Positions 28,803 through 37,973 of a DNA stretch of 64,000 nt are shown here, one piece after another. Made by a program: the position numbers and the translations under genes. This DNA is from Candidatus Microgenomates bacterium (lineage in GTDB: Bacteria; Patescibacteriota; Microgenomatia; JACQLA01), in the NCBI GenBank assembly GCA_016204255.1, contig JACQLA010000005.1:132339-196338 (forward strand), read 5' to 3'. Every line of letters begins with the position of its first letter. Within the stretch, counting starts at the first letter, position 1. The notes under the pieces were generated by a model. It searched no databases, was not told where the DNA came from, and saw only the letters and a list, made by a program, of their open reading frames with translations.

Positions 28803-30545
28803 TTATTGAGATGGCCAGAGAGATCTTCTGACCCAATCGCCGGCATTTTTCACCCCGGCAATAAAATCAGGATAGGCAACTGTTTCTGTGGGAGGAACGA
28901 ATGTTGCATTTCCGCCAAGACTTTCGTAGTCAAGATTTGGAGTCTCGCCATGTTTTTCGTATTGAACTTGGTTTAAAATGACTCCGGTTTCAACTGCCGG
29001 GGTGAAAAAACCCCAGAAACCAGTTTTCTTATTTTCTAAATCGCTGGTACTTTTATTCCAAATGGATTTCAAATAGGGGACAAAAACCGTCATGTCAATA
29101 GGGATATCAACTGTTTTTTGGCCCGGGGTGTAGGTCGTGGAACTTGAACATGTATAGCCACAACAGGCTGGATTTAATTGTGAGGTGTATCCCGGTGGTC
29201 TTCCCCATTCGCCGTCAGCGGTGCACTGCCAGACTTCTTCAATCCCGCCCGACGGGCAACCTTCAAGACATTGTGTGTAAAACTCTCCCGGCGTGCAAGA
29301 GCCGCTCGGCGGCCCAGGGCAGAGAGAAGTAGTCGAGGAATTAGCACAAACAAAAACCCGACTGTTTGTATTATTCGAGATAATACTGATTCTGTCAGGC
29401 ATGCAAAATTGGTCCCCATCTCCCTGATCAGCGGGAGGTGTAAGATGACAACCGCTATGATCTTCATTAATAATGGTTGTCATGTCTAAGACGTCACCGG
29501 CCGGAGAAAAATTTGTTTGAGTAGCAGCAAGCAAAACTGGCTGGTTTTTAAATGGCTTTAAAGCCGGAGCTGATGATGTATGTAGACTACAACTGGAAGA
29601 TTCGTTGTTGGCTAATGAGTTATCTTGGGAATTATTCGAAAGAGGGGATTGGGCGACCTTGGGAAGTAACAATTGATTAAGTCCAGCTGAGACACGATTA
29701 GTTCGAAAATACTCCGGAATTGTGAGATCATAACGAGGGGCAGGGCAGCTTACCTCAGATGGTGCTTTTGGATTTCCCCAATCATCCAGCGCGCGACCAG
29801 CGGCCCCAAGCTTTCCAGTAGCTTTATCGTTGGCGGCAATCGGAATCTTATCCCAGTATCGACCCCAGGTATTTGCCCAGAGTTCTTTTTCTGCCGCACT
29901 TGATTTTTCGGTCGGTGGGTAATAACAGTTTGGATTAGAAGAACAATACTTATCATAAAGCTGTTTAATAGTTAGGGCTGGACCATTACCATAAACATCT
30001 GTGTAGGTAAACTTGGCATCGTTGCGAGTAGACTTGTCTAAAATATACTGCACATATTTTAGTTTTAGACCACTGGTTTCACCAAAATCTTGATTGAAAA
30101 TAATTTTGGGAGTTAATTTTTGAGCAGGGCCATTATAATTATTCCATTGGCTAGAGTTTAAATTAAAAAAATCTGTTTGTTGATGGTTACCACTTGTATC
30201 TTGAAAATCTCCTTCCAGATAGTCTGAATTATATTTGGCAAAGACCGACTCAAGATCTTCAATTTTAAAATCCATTTGCCAATTTACAGTAACCCACTGG
30301 CCTTTTCCGCTCGCACAGCTGCCTCCAGGCGGAGGGTCTTCGTAAGGTAAACTACTATTTCCCTGAAAAACAACGCGCGCCATTGGTCCTTCAATTGGTA
30401 TAGGGGTCAAAGGTCCGGTTTCTGGTAAAGTACAATCGTTACCAGCAGCTTGGATAGTACCAGGGAGGAGGAGAAGACTAATTAAAATAAGGAAAAAAAA
30501 TGAGCAGAGCCTGAACATTTTAGGGATAGACAATTTTAAAAGCAC
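28803..30545 (-). CDS. secreted Cys-rich protein (580 aa)
   Basis: Signal peptide (LCSFFFLILISLLLLPGTIQA); many Cys clustered in the C-terminal third (CANSSTTSLCPGPPSGSCTPGEFYTQCLEGCPSGG..WQC..ACCGYTC). Confidence 0.55.
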   Translation of the reverse strand: MLLKLSIPKMFRLCSFFFLILISLLLLPGTIQAAGNDCTLPETGPLTPIPIEGPMARVVFQGNSSLPYEDPPPGGSCASGKGQWVTVNWQMDFKIEDLESVFAKYNSDYLEGDFQDTSGNHQQTDFFNLNSSQWNNYNGPAQKLTPKIIFNQDFGETSGLKLKYVQYILDKSTRNDAKFTYTDVYGNGPALTIKQLYDKYCSSNPNCYYPPTEKSSAAEKELWANTWGRYWDKIPIAANDKATGKLGAAGRALDDWGNPKAPSEVSCPAPRYDLTIPEYFRTNRVSAGLNQLLLPKVAQSPLSNNSQDNSLANNESSSCSLHTSSAPALKPFKNQPVLLAATQTNFSPAGDVLDMTTIINEDHSGCHLTPPADQGDGDQFCMPDRISIISNNTNSRVFVCANSSTTSLCPGPPSGSCTPGEFYTQCLEGCPSGGIEEVWQCTADGEWGRPPGYTSQLNPACCGYTCSSSTTYTPGQKTVDIPIDMTVFVPYLKSIWNKSTSDLENKKTGFWGFFTPAVETGVILNQVQYEKHGETPNLDYESLGGNATFVPPTETVAYPDFIAGVKNAGDWVRRSLWPSQ

Positions 30546-30924
30546 CTATCAAATCCACTCCGGTCATTGTTTTAATGGCACTGAGGATAAGATAAGCAGA
30601 GAAGATTATAACTAAACCTAAAATAGCATAGGTCATGGTTTTTTTTGCCACTTCCACATTCTTCGGGTCTCCACTGGAAGTAATAAATTTAATTCCTCCC
30701 CAGAGTAAAAAAAAGAGACACACAACTGGAGCGATGACAAAAAGGACTTTGATTATACTCTGGATATAATTTTCTAAACATCCTAGCGTTAGCACCTGTT
30801 CACCAGGCAATCCGGCAATATCATTATATATGCAATCATTTTGGGCCAAACTGGAGCGAGTAGAGAAAATCAAAAGAATGAAATAAAAAAAAGAGAACAA
30901 GAAAAATTTAGAGAGGATCCTCAT
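30520..30924 (-). CDS. T4SS pilin-like protein (VirB2/TrbC-like), paralogue 1
   Basis: Signal peptide, then helix-GGIKFITSSGDPKNVEVAKK-helix, the hairpin motif shared by all four paralogues. Confidence 0.7.
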   Translation of the reverse strand: MRILSKFFLFSFFYFILLIFSTRSSLAQNDCIYNDIAGLPGEQVLTLGCLENYIQSIIKVLFVIAPVVCLFFLLWGGIKFITSSGDPKNVEVAKKTMTYAILGLVIIFSAYLILSAIKTMTGVDLIGAFKIVYP

Positions 30925-30946
30925 ATTTTTACCTTACTAAACCAAA

Positions 30947-30970
30947 GACCTTCCGTCAAGACGGAAGGTC
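30947..30970 (-). terminator. candidate intrinsic terminator after pilin paralogue 2
   Basis: Perfect 9-bp stem GACCTTCCG/CGGAAGGTC with a 6-nt loop; on the minus strand it is followed by TTTGGTTT. Confidence 0.45.
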
Positions 30971-31029
30971 ATAATTCCTTTCAGTTAATACTTAATCAAA
31001 ATTTCTTAAACCGAAATAACTATATCCCG

Positions 31030-31431
31030 CTATTGATACAGGCCAGGGATAACGACATTCGTACTACTAATAATAGAGATACCAAAAAGCTGCTCGATGA
31101 CAGAGATGATTAACCAGGCTGCCAAGACAATGATCAAGCCGATAACAGCTGCTGTTAAAGTTCCTCTGGCTGACTCAGCCGCGGCCTTATCTCCACCAGA
31201 GAGAATCCATCGGATTCCGCCAATGATTAAAAAGACGAAGGCTACGATAAAGGCAACTACCAATAACAACCTAATGATGCCCGGAATAGCTGAGTTGAAA
31301 TTAATGTTTTGTAAATTTCCAAATCCTGGTGGCGCATTTAGGATTGGTTGCGCAAAGGCTATGCCAGCGCTTGTTAATAGAGCTGCTGTCCCCGAAATTG
31401 CACCAAGGCCAATTTTAATTTTTGTTTTCAT
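31030..31431 (-). CDS. T4SS pilin-like protein, paralogue 2
   Basis: Signal peptide; FLIIGGIRWILSGGDKAAAESARG followed by a hydrophobic helix. Confidence 0.7.
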   Translation of the reverse strand: MKTKIKIGLGAISGTAALLTSAGIAFAQPILNAPPGFGNLQNINFNSAIPGIIRLLLVVAFIVAFVFLIIGGIRWILSGGDKAAAESARGTLTAAVIGLIIVLAAWLIISVIEQLFGISIISSTNVVIPGLYQ

Positions 31432-31508
31432 TTTTCACCTCCTCTCGCTATGTGAAGTTTGTGCAGTTAAATTTAGCATAGTCTAAATTCTTTACCCTTG
31501 TCAAGTTT

Positions 31509-31850
31509 TTAAAAACCTATGGATTCGGGTCTGACCCCGAACATCCGGGTTAGTGTATAAACTATAAAGAAAGAGAGTAAAGCCAGGATAAGGCCTAAAA
31601 TTGCGTAAGTAACTCTGGCTTTTGCTTTCCCGACGCCTTCTTTGTTGCCGCCTGAAGTGATCCAAGAGATCCCGCCCAGTAAAAGAAAGATTAAGGCTAC
31701 AATAAAGGAAACAACCAGAAGAAGCTTAATTATACCGGGGATAATTCCGGTTTCGATGGTCGTCCAGCTACGAGGGATGTTATAAGGAACATTGATTTGT
31801 CCTTGCGCAAAGGCTTTAGGCGCCAGATTTAAAAATAAAAAAATTGGCAT
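31509..31850 (-). CDS. T4SS pilin-like protein, paralogue 3
   Basis: FLLLGGISWITSGGNKEGVGKAKA followed by a hydrophobic helix. Confidence 0.7.
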   Translation of the reverse strand: MPIFLFLNLAPKAFAQGQINVPYNIPRSWTTIETGIIPGIIKLLLVVSFIVALIFLLLGGISWITSGGNKEGVGKAKARVTYAILGLILALLSFFIVYTLTRMFGVRPESIGF

Positions 31851-31862
31851 AGTCCTGAATGA

Positions 31863-32612
31863 TTATTCCGGGCGAAAAAGTTGTATTGGTATTCCCGGTA
31901 TACCACCGAAGATTTTTATATTGAAAAAATCTAAAATGACAACTGCAAAAATCAAAAACAAAAGACCAACGACAGCGGCGGTTAAAAGTTGTTTGGCGCC
32001 TTGTAGTTTTTCCGGGTTGCCGGATGAAGTGAGGATTTGAAAGCCGGCGACGAAAAAAAGAAAAAGTGCTATGGCGCCAGCAATACCGATAATGTATTTG
32101 AGAAAAAAACTGGCAAAACCGGTGGCCGATGTTGGGATACAACCAATAGCGGTTTCAATGCCGCCGCCAGCACATGTAGCAGGCTGAAAGCCAGGGCCGG
32201 CGGGTCCTCCGCCTATTGAACCGGCTTTCGCAACGGTGACTTCCGAAATCGAGCAACCTTTATTGTAGCTTTCTTCCAGTGTTAAAAAATAAATACCGGT
32301 CGGTTTGTCCGTAGGGATCCGTATAGTTCTATTTTCTATTAGGCCGTTTCCGTCAGCTCTTGTCGTATAGAAGATAGAATAAGGGTCACTGATTGCGAGA
32401 GCCTTTTTAAGACCAACAGAAACGGTTGCGTAAGAACTAAATCCGGAAGCGTTAAGCACAAAATAATCGCCTTGCTCCAAAGAGACGGGTGCGGAAGGGG
32501 TGATTGAACAGTTTTGAGCCAAAATAAGCCCTGGGCTTTTGGCTACGAAGAAAGCAAATAAAAACAAAAAGGATAAGCAAAGGATAAATAGTTTTAATTT
32601 AAGCTTCTCCAT
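31863..32612 (-). CDS. T4SS pilin-like protein, paralogue 4, with an extra ~130-aa N-terminal extracellular domain
   Basis: Signal peptide, extra beta-rich domain, then FFVAGFQILTSSGNPEKLQGAKQ plus a hydrophobic helix. Confidence 0.65.
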   Translation of the reverse strand: MEKLKLKLFILCLSFLFLFAFFVAKSPGLILAQNCSITPSAPVSLEQGDYFVLNASGFSSYATVSVGLKKALAISDPYSIFYTTRADGNGLIENRTIRIPTDKPTGIYFLTLEESYNKGCSISEVTVAKAGSIGGGPAGPGFQPATCAGGGIETAIGCIPTSATGFASFFLKYIIGIAGAIALFLFFVAGFQILTSSGNPEKLQGAKQLLTAAVVGLLFLIFAVVILDFFNIKIFGGIPGIPIQLFRPE

Positions 32613-32643
32613 TAATTTCCAGCATAGCGTACCTTTTTTTCTT

Positions 32644-32672
32644 TTGCAAGAGGGCCAGATTTTTGTTAAAAT
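32644..32672 (+). promoter_or_regulatory. candidate promoter of the SpoIID-like gene: TTGCAA, 17-nt spacer, TAAAAT
   Basis: Read directly from the sequence; 22 nt upstream of the ATG at 32694. Confidence 0.4.
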
Positions 32673-32693
32673 GGGCGATAGGTTCTTTGCCCA

Positions 32694-34406
32694 ATGAAAT
32701 TTAAGCTACTCCTTTTAATTCCCGCGGTTATAGTCTCTGTTGTCTTTTGGCCAACGATTGTTTTGGCAGATGATTGCGATACTTCTAAAGTCTCCAGCAT
32801 GGATCTTGATCAGATTAATGATCTTTTGGCTAAATGTGAGCGGGCCCGTCAGATGTCGATTGATGCTACCAGACCTTTAGAGGGTAGCTTGAGTAAGCTG
32901 GAAATTCAACTAAAAAATATTCAGGGGAGAGTAGGGCAGATTGAAGCGGATTTGATTAACAAAGAGAAAAAAATTAAGGAAGGAGAAGCGAATCTAGTGG
33001 GTCAGGAAGAAATTCTGGGTAAAAGAGCCCGCCGTTTTTATATCCGCAGCCATTACAACTTCCCCCTTTTAATGCTTTTTGCTCAAAACACAGCTGCTGA
33101 TTTAACCCATGAGCTTGCTTATCAAAAAACCTTAACCGATCAGGATAAACAGTTAATCATTAAGACCGCCTTGGAAATTAAGGATTTGGAGGACAAAAAG
33201 AAGAATCTGGAATCAGAAAAAATTACCTTGGCCAAGGTCAAGGAAGAAACCGATAAACAAGCCGCTTTTTTCCGCAAAGAAATCGAAGGAGCCAAAGATT
33301 ATCAGTCTCAACTATCACAGGATATCGTCGGTATCACTCAGCGACAGCAAGAAATCTTGTCCGCCCGATCAGGTCAATTTATCGCCAGTATTGGAGATAG
33401 TGAACTAGCCGATGATTACAACGCTTCGATTAAAGGTTTTAGGGAGGCCGCTCCTTCCGGCTCTTTCGCAGTTTTTTCTTTTGGAGCTTATACTCACAGA
33501 AAAGGTATGAGCCAATATGGGGCCAGGGGTAGAGCAATGAACGGTCAGGATTATAAAGCCATCCTTAAAGCCTATTACGGAAAAGAGCCGGTCAGTAAAG
33601 ACACAGGAGGAGATATTAAAGTTTCTGGAATGGGATCAATGAATTTTGAAGAAAAATATTTATATGGTATTGCAGAGATGCCTTCTACTTGGCATCCGGA
33701 AGCGCTGAAAGTTCAGGCCGTGGCAGCCAGAACTTATGCTTACCGTTATAAGCAGGAAGGTAAGGAGATTTGTACGTCTGAAGCCTGTCAGGTCTTTTCC
33801 AAATCCAAGTCCGATAATCCACCCCAGGCATGGAAAGATGCGGTTAATGCTACTAGGGGTCAAGTGATTGAAGATGTAATTACTTATTATGCTTCCACCC
33901 ACGGAGGTTATACAACTACCATGGGTTGGGATACCACAGATGGGGGCGGAGGCTCTAATTTTGTAGATAAATCTTACGATAAAGTAGGCGGTTCTCCTTG
34001 GATCTATAAGGCTTGGTATACTCAAGGCTATAGTGTTAACAGCGATAAATGCGGGCGTTCAAACCCTTGGCTTAATGGCGTTGAGATGGCCGATATTGTT
34101 AACGCGGCCTTAGTGTTGGTCAAAGGTAGTGGTGATGAGATATCCCGTATCACTCCGGTTTCTTCTTGTTGGGGTGGAGATCCCTACAGCATGGACGAGT
34201 TGCGCTCTGTGGCGGGTAAATATGGGGGTATTTCTTCCGCCTCCAGCGTCGGTGTGGTTCAAGGTACCGGTAATACCAATCAGGTAACTATTAATGGTGT
34301 CGTTTTATCCGGCGCTGATTTTAAAAAAGCGTTTAACTTAAGAGCCCCCGGCAGAATGTCTATTCCTCAAAGCGGCTTTGCCTTCTTTAATATTGAGAAA
34401 AAGTAA
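32694..34406 (+). CDS. SpoIID/LytB-domain cell-wall protein with N-terminal coiled coil
   Basis: MSQYGARGRAMNGQDYKAILKAYYG and EALKVQAVAARTYA are SpoIID signatures; signal/TM plus coiled coil at the N-terminus. Confidence 0.8.
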   Translation: MKFKLLLLIPAVIVSVVFWPTIVLADDCDTSKVSSMDLDQINDLLAKCERARQMSIDATRPLEGSLSKLEIQLKNIQGRVGQIEADLINKEKKIKEGEANLVGQEEILGKRARRFYIRSHYNFPLLMLFAQNTAADLTHELAYQKTLTDQDKQLIIKTALEIKDLEDKKKNLESEKITLAKVKEETDKQAAFFRKEIEGAKDYQSQLSQDIVGITQRQQEILSARSGQFIASIGDSELADDYNASIKGFREAAPSGSFAVFSFGAYTHRKGMSQYGARGRAMNGQDYKAILKAYYGKEPVSKDTGGDIKVSGMGSMNFEEKYLYGIAEMPSTWHPEALKVQAVAARTYAYRYKQEGKEICTSEACQVFSKSKSDNPPQAWKDAVNATRGQVIEDVITYYASTHGGYTTTMGWDTTDGGGGSNFVDKSYDKVGGSPWIYKAWYTQGYSVNSDKCGRSNPWLNGVEMADIVNAALVLVKGSGDEISRITPVSSCWGGDPYSMDELRSVAGKYGGISSASSVGVVQGTGNTNQVTINGVVLSGADFKKAFNLRAPGRMSIPQSGFAFFNIEKK

Positions 34407-35548
34407 TGGATTTTTTTTCACTGGACGTAGCACATTATTTCAACTTAGCAAATAAATTCTTTGAGGGTCAGGCTCCTTATAAAGACTATTTCGTTAATTA
34501 TCTTCCTGGTGCTTTTTTGTTCTTTTTAACTCCCAGACTTTTGACAACACAGCTGATTCCTTATTTTGTAGCTTTTTCATCGCTTGTAATGATTTTTTTT
34601 CTTTTTGGACTCTCCTTTTTGATTAGAGAATGGGAAAAGGCTGGAAAAGAAAAAATCTGGTTAGTTATCCTTATTTTATCAAGTATCCTCATACTGCCCC
34701 TATCTTTAATGCGTTTTGATTTGTTTCCAACAATCCTAACTTTGGTCGCTCTCAATATATTTTTAAGGAAAGGTTTTTTACTGGGAGAATTTTATTTGGC
34801 CCTAGGTGCAGTTACTAAAATTTTTCCGGCGATTTTTCTACCTTTTTTCTTAATCGAGTTTTGGCAAAAAAAGGAAAAAGTGAGGGCCCTGAAGGGCCTC
34901 TCAGTGTTCTTTTTAACTAGTTTCATCGTACTCTTACCCTATATCGCTTTTGGGGGTGGAAAGGGTTTATTGGATAGCTTGGAATATAATTTCGACCGGA
35001 CGATTCAGATCGAAAGCGTTCCGGCGAGTTTTTTATTTGCCGGCTTTCTTTTGGGAAAGCCAGTGGAGACCTTTGGCGCTTTTGCCTCATGGAACGTGGG
35101 TTCAAATTGGGATGGGGGTTTAACCTCAGCCTTTTTAATTTTATGGTTGACTGCTTTTGCTTGGCTATTTTTTTGGTTTTACCGCCGAACAAAAATAATA
35201 AAGGACGTTAGGGAAAAAGAATTTTTACTCATTAAGGCTGTTTTAATTGCAATTTTAATCACTGTCAGCTTTAGCCGGACATTTTCCCCTCAATACCTGA
35301 TTTGGTCTTGGCCATTTACTCTTTGGTTTTTTCTTTATCTTACTAAGACAAGAATGGTCGTTTTGGGCAGTCTCTGGTGTCTTATTCTTTTTATAACAAT
35401 GCTAAATCTGGCCCGCTATACAGAGTTGATTGCCTTAGAGCCCCTGGCTGTCTCAAGCGGAATCTTAAGAAACATCCTTTACTTAGCACTTCTTGTTGGA
35501 GTTGCTGCTACTTCAATTTCTGAAGGGAATGTGAAAGAGGCGGTTTAA
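34406..35548 (+). CDS. polytopic GT-C-like glycosyltransferase / DUF2029-like membrane protein
   Basis: About 10 TM helices with an early cytoplasmic/periplasmic loop; family assignment from general appearance only. Confidence 0.45.
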   Translation: MDFFSLDVAHYFNLANKFFEGQAPYKDYFVNYLPGAFLFFLTPRLLTTQLIPYFVAFSSLVMIFFLFGLSFLIREWEKAGKEKIWLVILILSSILILPLSLMRFDLFPTILTLVALNIFLRKGFLLGEFYLALGAVTKIFPAIFLPFFLIEFWQKKEKVRALKGLSVFFLTSFIVLLPYIAFGGGKGLLDSLEYNFDRTIQIESVPASFLFAGFLLGKPVETFGAFASWNVGSNWDGGLTSAFLILWLTAFAWLFFWFYRRTKIIKDVREKEFLLIKAVLIAILITVSFSRTFSPQYLIWSWPFTLWFFLYLTKTRMVVLGSLWCLILFITMLNLARYTELIALEPLAVSSGILRNILYLALLVGVAATSISEGNVKEAV

Positions 35549-35554
35549 AACACA

Positions 35555-37009
35555 ATGAAGAAGATTATTATCATTCTTGCTTTTTTAGCCATTTTTTTTC
35601 TTGGGATCAAGGCTCCGACTGATCCGGATTTTTTCTGGCATTTAAGATATGGAGAAGAGATTTTTAAAACCGGCCAAATCCCTTATGAAGATCGGTTTTC
35701 TTTTACTTTCGAGGGTTATCGCTGGGCTGATTCTTATTGGTTATCCGAGGTTTTAATTTTTTTACTGGTTTCCAAGACTGGATTTTTTCTGCCGGTCTTG
35801 GTTTTTGCCACCATCTCTGCGGCGACCTTTTTGGCGGTGGGATTTTGGGCAAGGATTAAGCCGGTAAATATTTGGGCAACTGCATCAGCTGCTTTTATAA
35901 GTGCGATTGTCTCCGGGTCGATTTTTGGCTTGCGGCCACAAACTATTTCCCTGGCACTTTTCGGATTGGTAGTAATCATTCTTCATCAATTTTGGCGAAA
36001 ACCCAATTCGCGTTTAATTTTCCTTTTACCCCTGATTTTTATTTTTTGGGTCAATTCTCACGCCGGATTTATCTTAGGCCTTATTTTAATCTGGACGTTT
36101 TGGCTGGGAGAATTTGGCCGGCTTTTATGGAAAAGATTTTTCTCCGGGACGAAATTTACCTCTCCTCAACTTTCCTTCCGGCAATTAAGATCCCTTGCTT
36201 TGTCTAACCTCCTTTCAATACTTGCGACTCTTATAAATCCATATGGACTGGGTCTTTGGCGGTCAGTTTTAAACGATGCCTCCTCAGCTGTTATCAAAAA
36301 CCAGATTGTTGAATGGACAGCACCTGATTCTCACAGCGAGGTTGGGCTGCTTTTTTTTACTTTTGTTTTAACCTTAGCAATATTGGCTTATTTAATACGA
36401 ATGAGAGTCAATCAGACACAACTTTTTTTGCTTTCGACTTTTTATTTTTTTGCTTTAGCAGCCGTTCGCCATGTTTCGGTTTTCGCACTTCTGGCCACCC
36501 CGCTTTTAGCTGAGGAACTGGCTAGGATTAATTGGGGAAAAATCAGAGTTCCGGATAAGAAATTAATCTTAATACTTTTCTTTCTCATTTTTTCGTTAAC
36601 CTACGCTTTTCAATTTTTCCCTCAAATTCATAAGGACACAAGAGACATTGAAAATTTAGCTCTGGCCGGGAATTTTCCCTATCGGGCTGTTGAATATCTT
36701 AAGGATTATCCACAAAAAGAGACCTTTAATTATTACAGCTGGGGAGGGTATTTAATCTGGCAACTACCGGAAAACAAAACTTTTATTGACGGCCGAATGT
36801 CCGGTTGGAAAAAGGACAAACACATCATTTTAAATGATCATGATGAGATAATTCATACGAGAATAGGTTTTGAAGAGATTATAAATTTTTGGCAGATTAA
36901 ATCGTTTTTAATACCTGTTGATTCTCCACTGGCACAATATTTAAAGATTAGCTCCGCCTGGGAAAAAGTTTATGAGGATAAGATAGCCGTAATTTTTGTT
37001 CGGCGGTAA
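35555..37009 (+). CDS. polytopic GT-C-like (ArnT/PMT-like) membrane protein
   Basis: Multi-TM N-terminal part plus a soluble C-terminal domain; N-terminal DPDFFWHLRYGE loop. Confidence 0.45.
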   Translation: MKKIIIILAFLAIFFLGIKAPTDPDFFWHLRYGEEIFKTGQIPYEDRFSFTFEGYRWADSYWLSEVLIFLLVSKTGFFLPVLVFATISAATFLAVGFWARIKPVNIWATASAAFISAIVSGSIFGLRPQTISLALFGLVVIILHQFWRKPNSRLIFLLPLIFIFWVNSHAGFILGLILIWTFWLGEFGRLLWKRFFSGTKFTSPQLSFRQLRSLALSNLLSILATLINPYGLGLWRSVLNDASSAVIKNQIVEWTAPDSHSEVGLLFFTFVLTLAILAYLIRMRVNQTQLFLLSTFYFFALAAVRHVSVFALLATPLLAEELARINWGKIRVPDKKLILILFFLIFSLTYAFQFFPQIHKDTRDIENLALAGNFPYRAVEYLKDYPQKETFNYYSWGGYLIWQLPENKTFIDGRMSGWKKDKHIILNDHDEIIHTRIGFEEIINFWQIKSFLIPVDSPLAQYLKISSAWEKVYEDKIAVIFVRR

Positions 37010-37083
37010 CCTCCAGTTAAGGAATAAATGACGGGTCTTGGGAAAAGTGTTAAAATGTTAAGAGCATAAATAGTGAATATAAA

Positions 37084-37734
37084 ATGCCAGATATTTTTGT
37101 TGCTCAGCCCCCATCTTTGTCAAAAGAGACGGAAGAAGAAAAACCATTAGAAAAAAAACCGGTCAACAACTTTGCCTCCACCCCTCCATTGTCTGCCTTC
37201 ATGTTGCATCCTAAGGGTGTTTGTTTCAAAAACCAGGATCCTGATGAGGAGGTTCTGATTCTTTTGCGCCGACATTGGGTTACTAACGTTCCCTGGATTA
37301 CCTTCGGGATATTTATGTTTTTGGTTCCCGCAATCTTAACGCTCGTAAATGTTTTTTTAGGCATAAATTTTGATATTTCATCTTCTACAATTTGGATTGC
37401 AAGAATTTTTTGGTATCTTGTTACCTTTGGCTATCTTCTGATCAATTTTTTAATATGGTATTTTAACGTCCATCTGGTAACTAACGAAAGACTCGTCGAT
37501 ATCGATTTTCATAACCTGCTTTATAAAGAAGTTTCCTCTGCACAGCTTGATAAGATACAGGCTGTGACTTTTAAAATGGGAGGCGTTGTTCGGCATATTT
37601 TCAACTACGGTGATGTTTTTATTCAAACCGCGGGGACCGAACCTAACTTTGATTTTTTGGCCGTACCAAAGCCGGCCATGGTCAGCGATAAGATTGGCGA
37701 AATATTAGAGGAGCTGGGTAAAAATAAACCATGA
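37084..37734 (+). CDS. membrane protein with bacterial PH (YdbT/DUF304-like) architecture
   Basis: Two TM helices followed by a ~90-aa soluble domain; low-specificity call. Confidence 0.4.
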   Translation: MPDIFVAQPPSLSKETEEEKPLEKKPVNNFASTPPLSAFMLHPKGVCFKNQDPDEEVLILLRRHWVTNVPWITFGIFMFLVPAILTLVNVFLGINFDISSSTIWIARIFWYLVTFGYLLINFLIWYFNVHLVTNERLVDIDFHNLLYKEVSSAQLDKIQAVTFKMGGVVRHIFNYGDVFIQTAGTEPNFDFLAVPKPAMVSDKIGEILEELGKNKP

Positions 37735-37970
37735 ACTTACAGGACCTTTCTAGTATTTTATCAATTTTTACGGTTTCCCTGGGGGCAAATATTTTCCTCT
37801 TAACCTTTATTTTTTTCTACATAATTTTATCAATAGTTATTCTCCGGCAGACGCAGCTGATGACGAAGGTTTTAGATGAGGTTTCCTTTTCTCCTTTTCT
37901 TAACCTTTTGGCATTGTTTAATCTCCTTGCAGCAATTGGTGTTTTTATATTAGCCATAATATTCCTTTAA
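37731..37970 (+). CDS. small two-TM membrane protein (79 aa)
   Basis: 4-nt overlap with the upstream gene; hydrophobic. Confidence 0.4.
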   Translation: MNLQDLSSILSIFTVSLGANIFLLTFIFFYIILSIVILRQTQLMTKVLDEVSFSPFLNLLALFNLLAAIGVFILAIIFL

Positions 37971-37973
37971 AAA

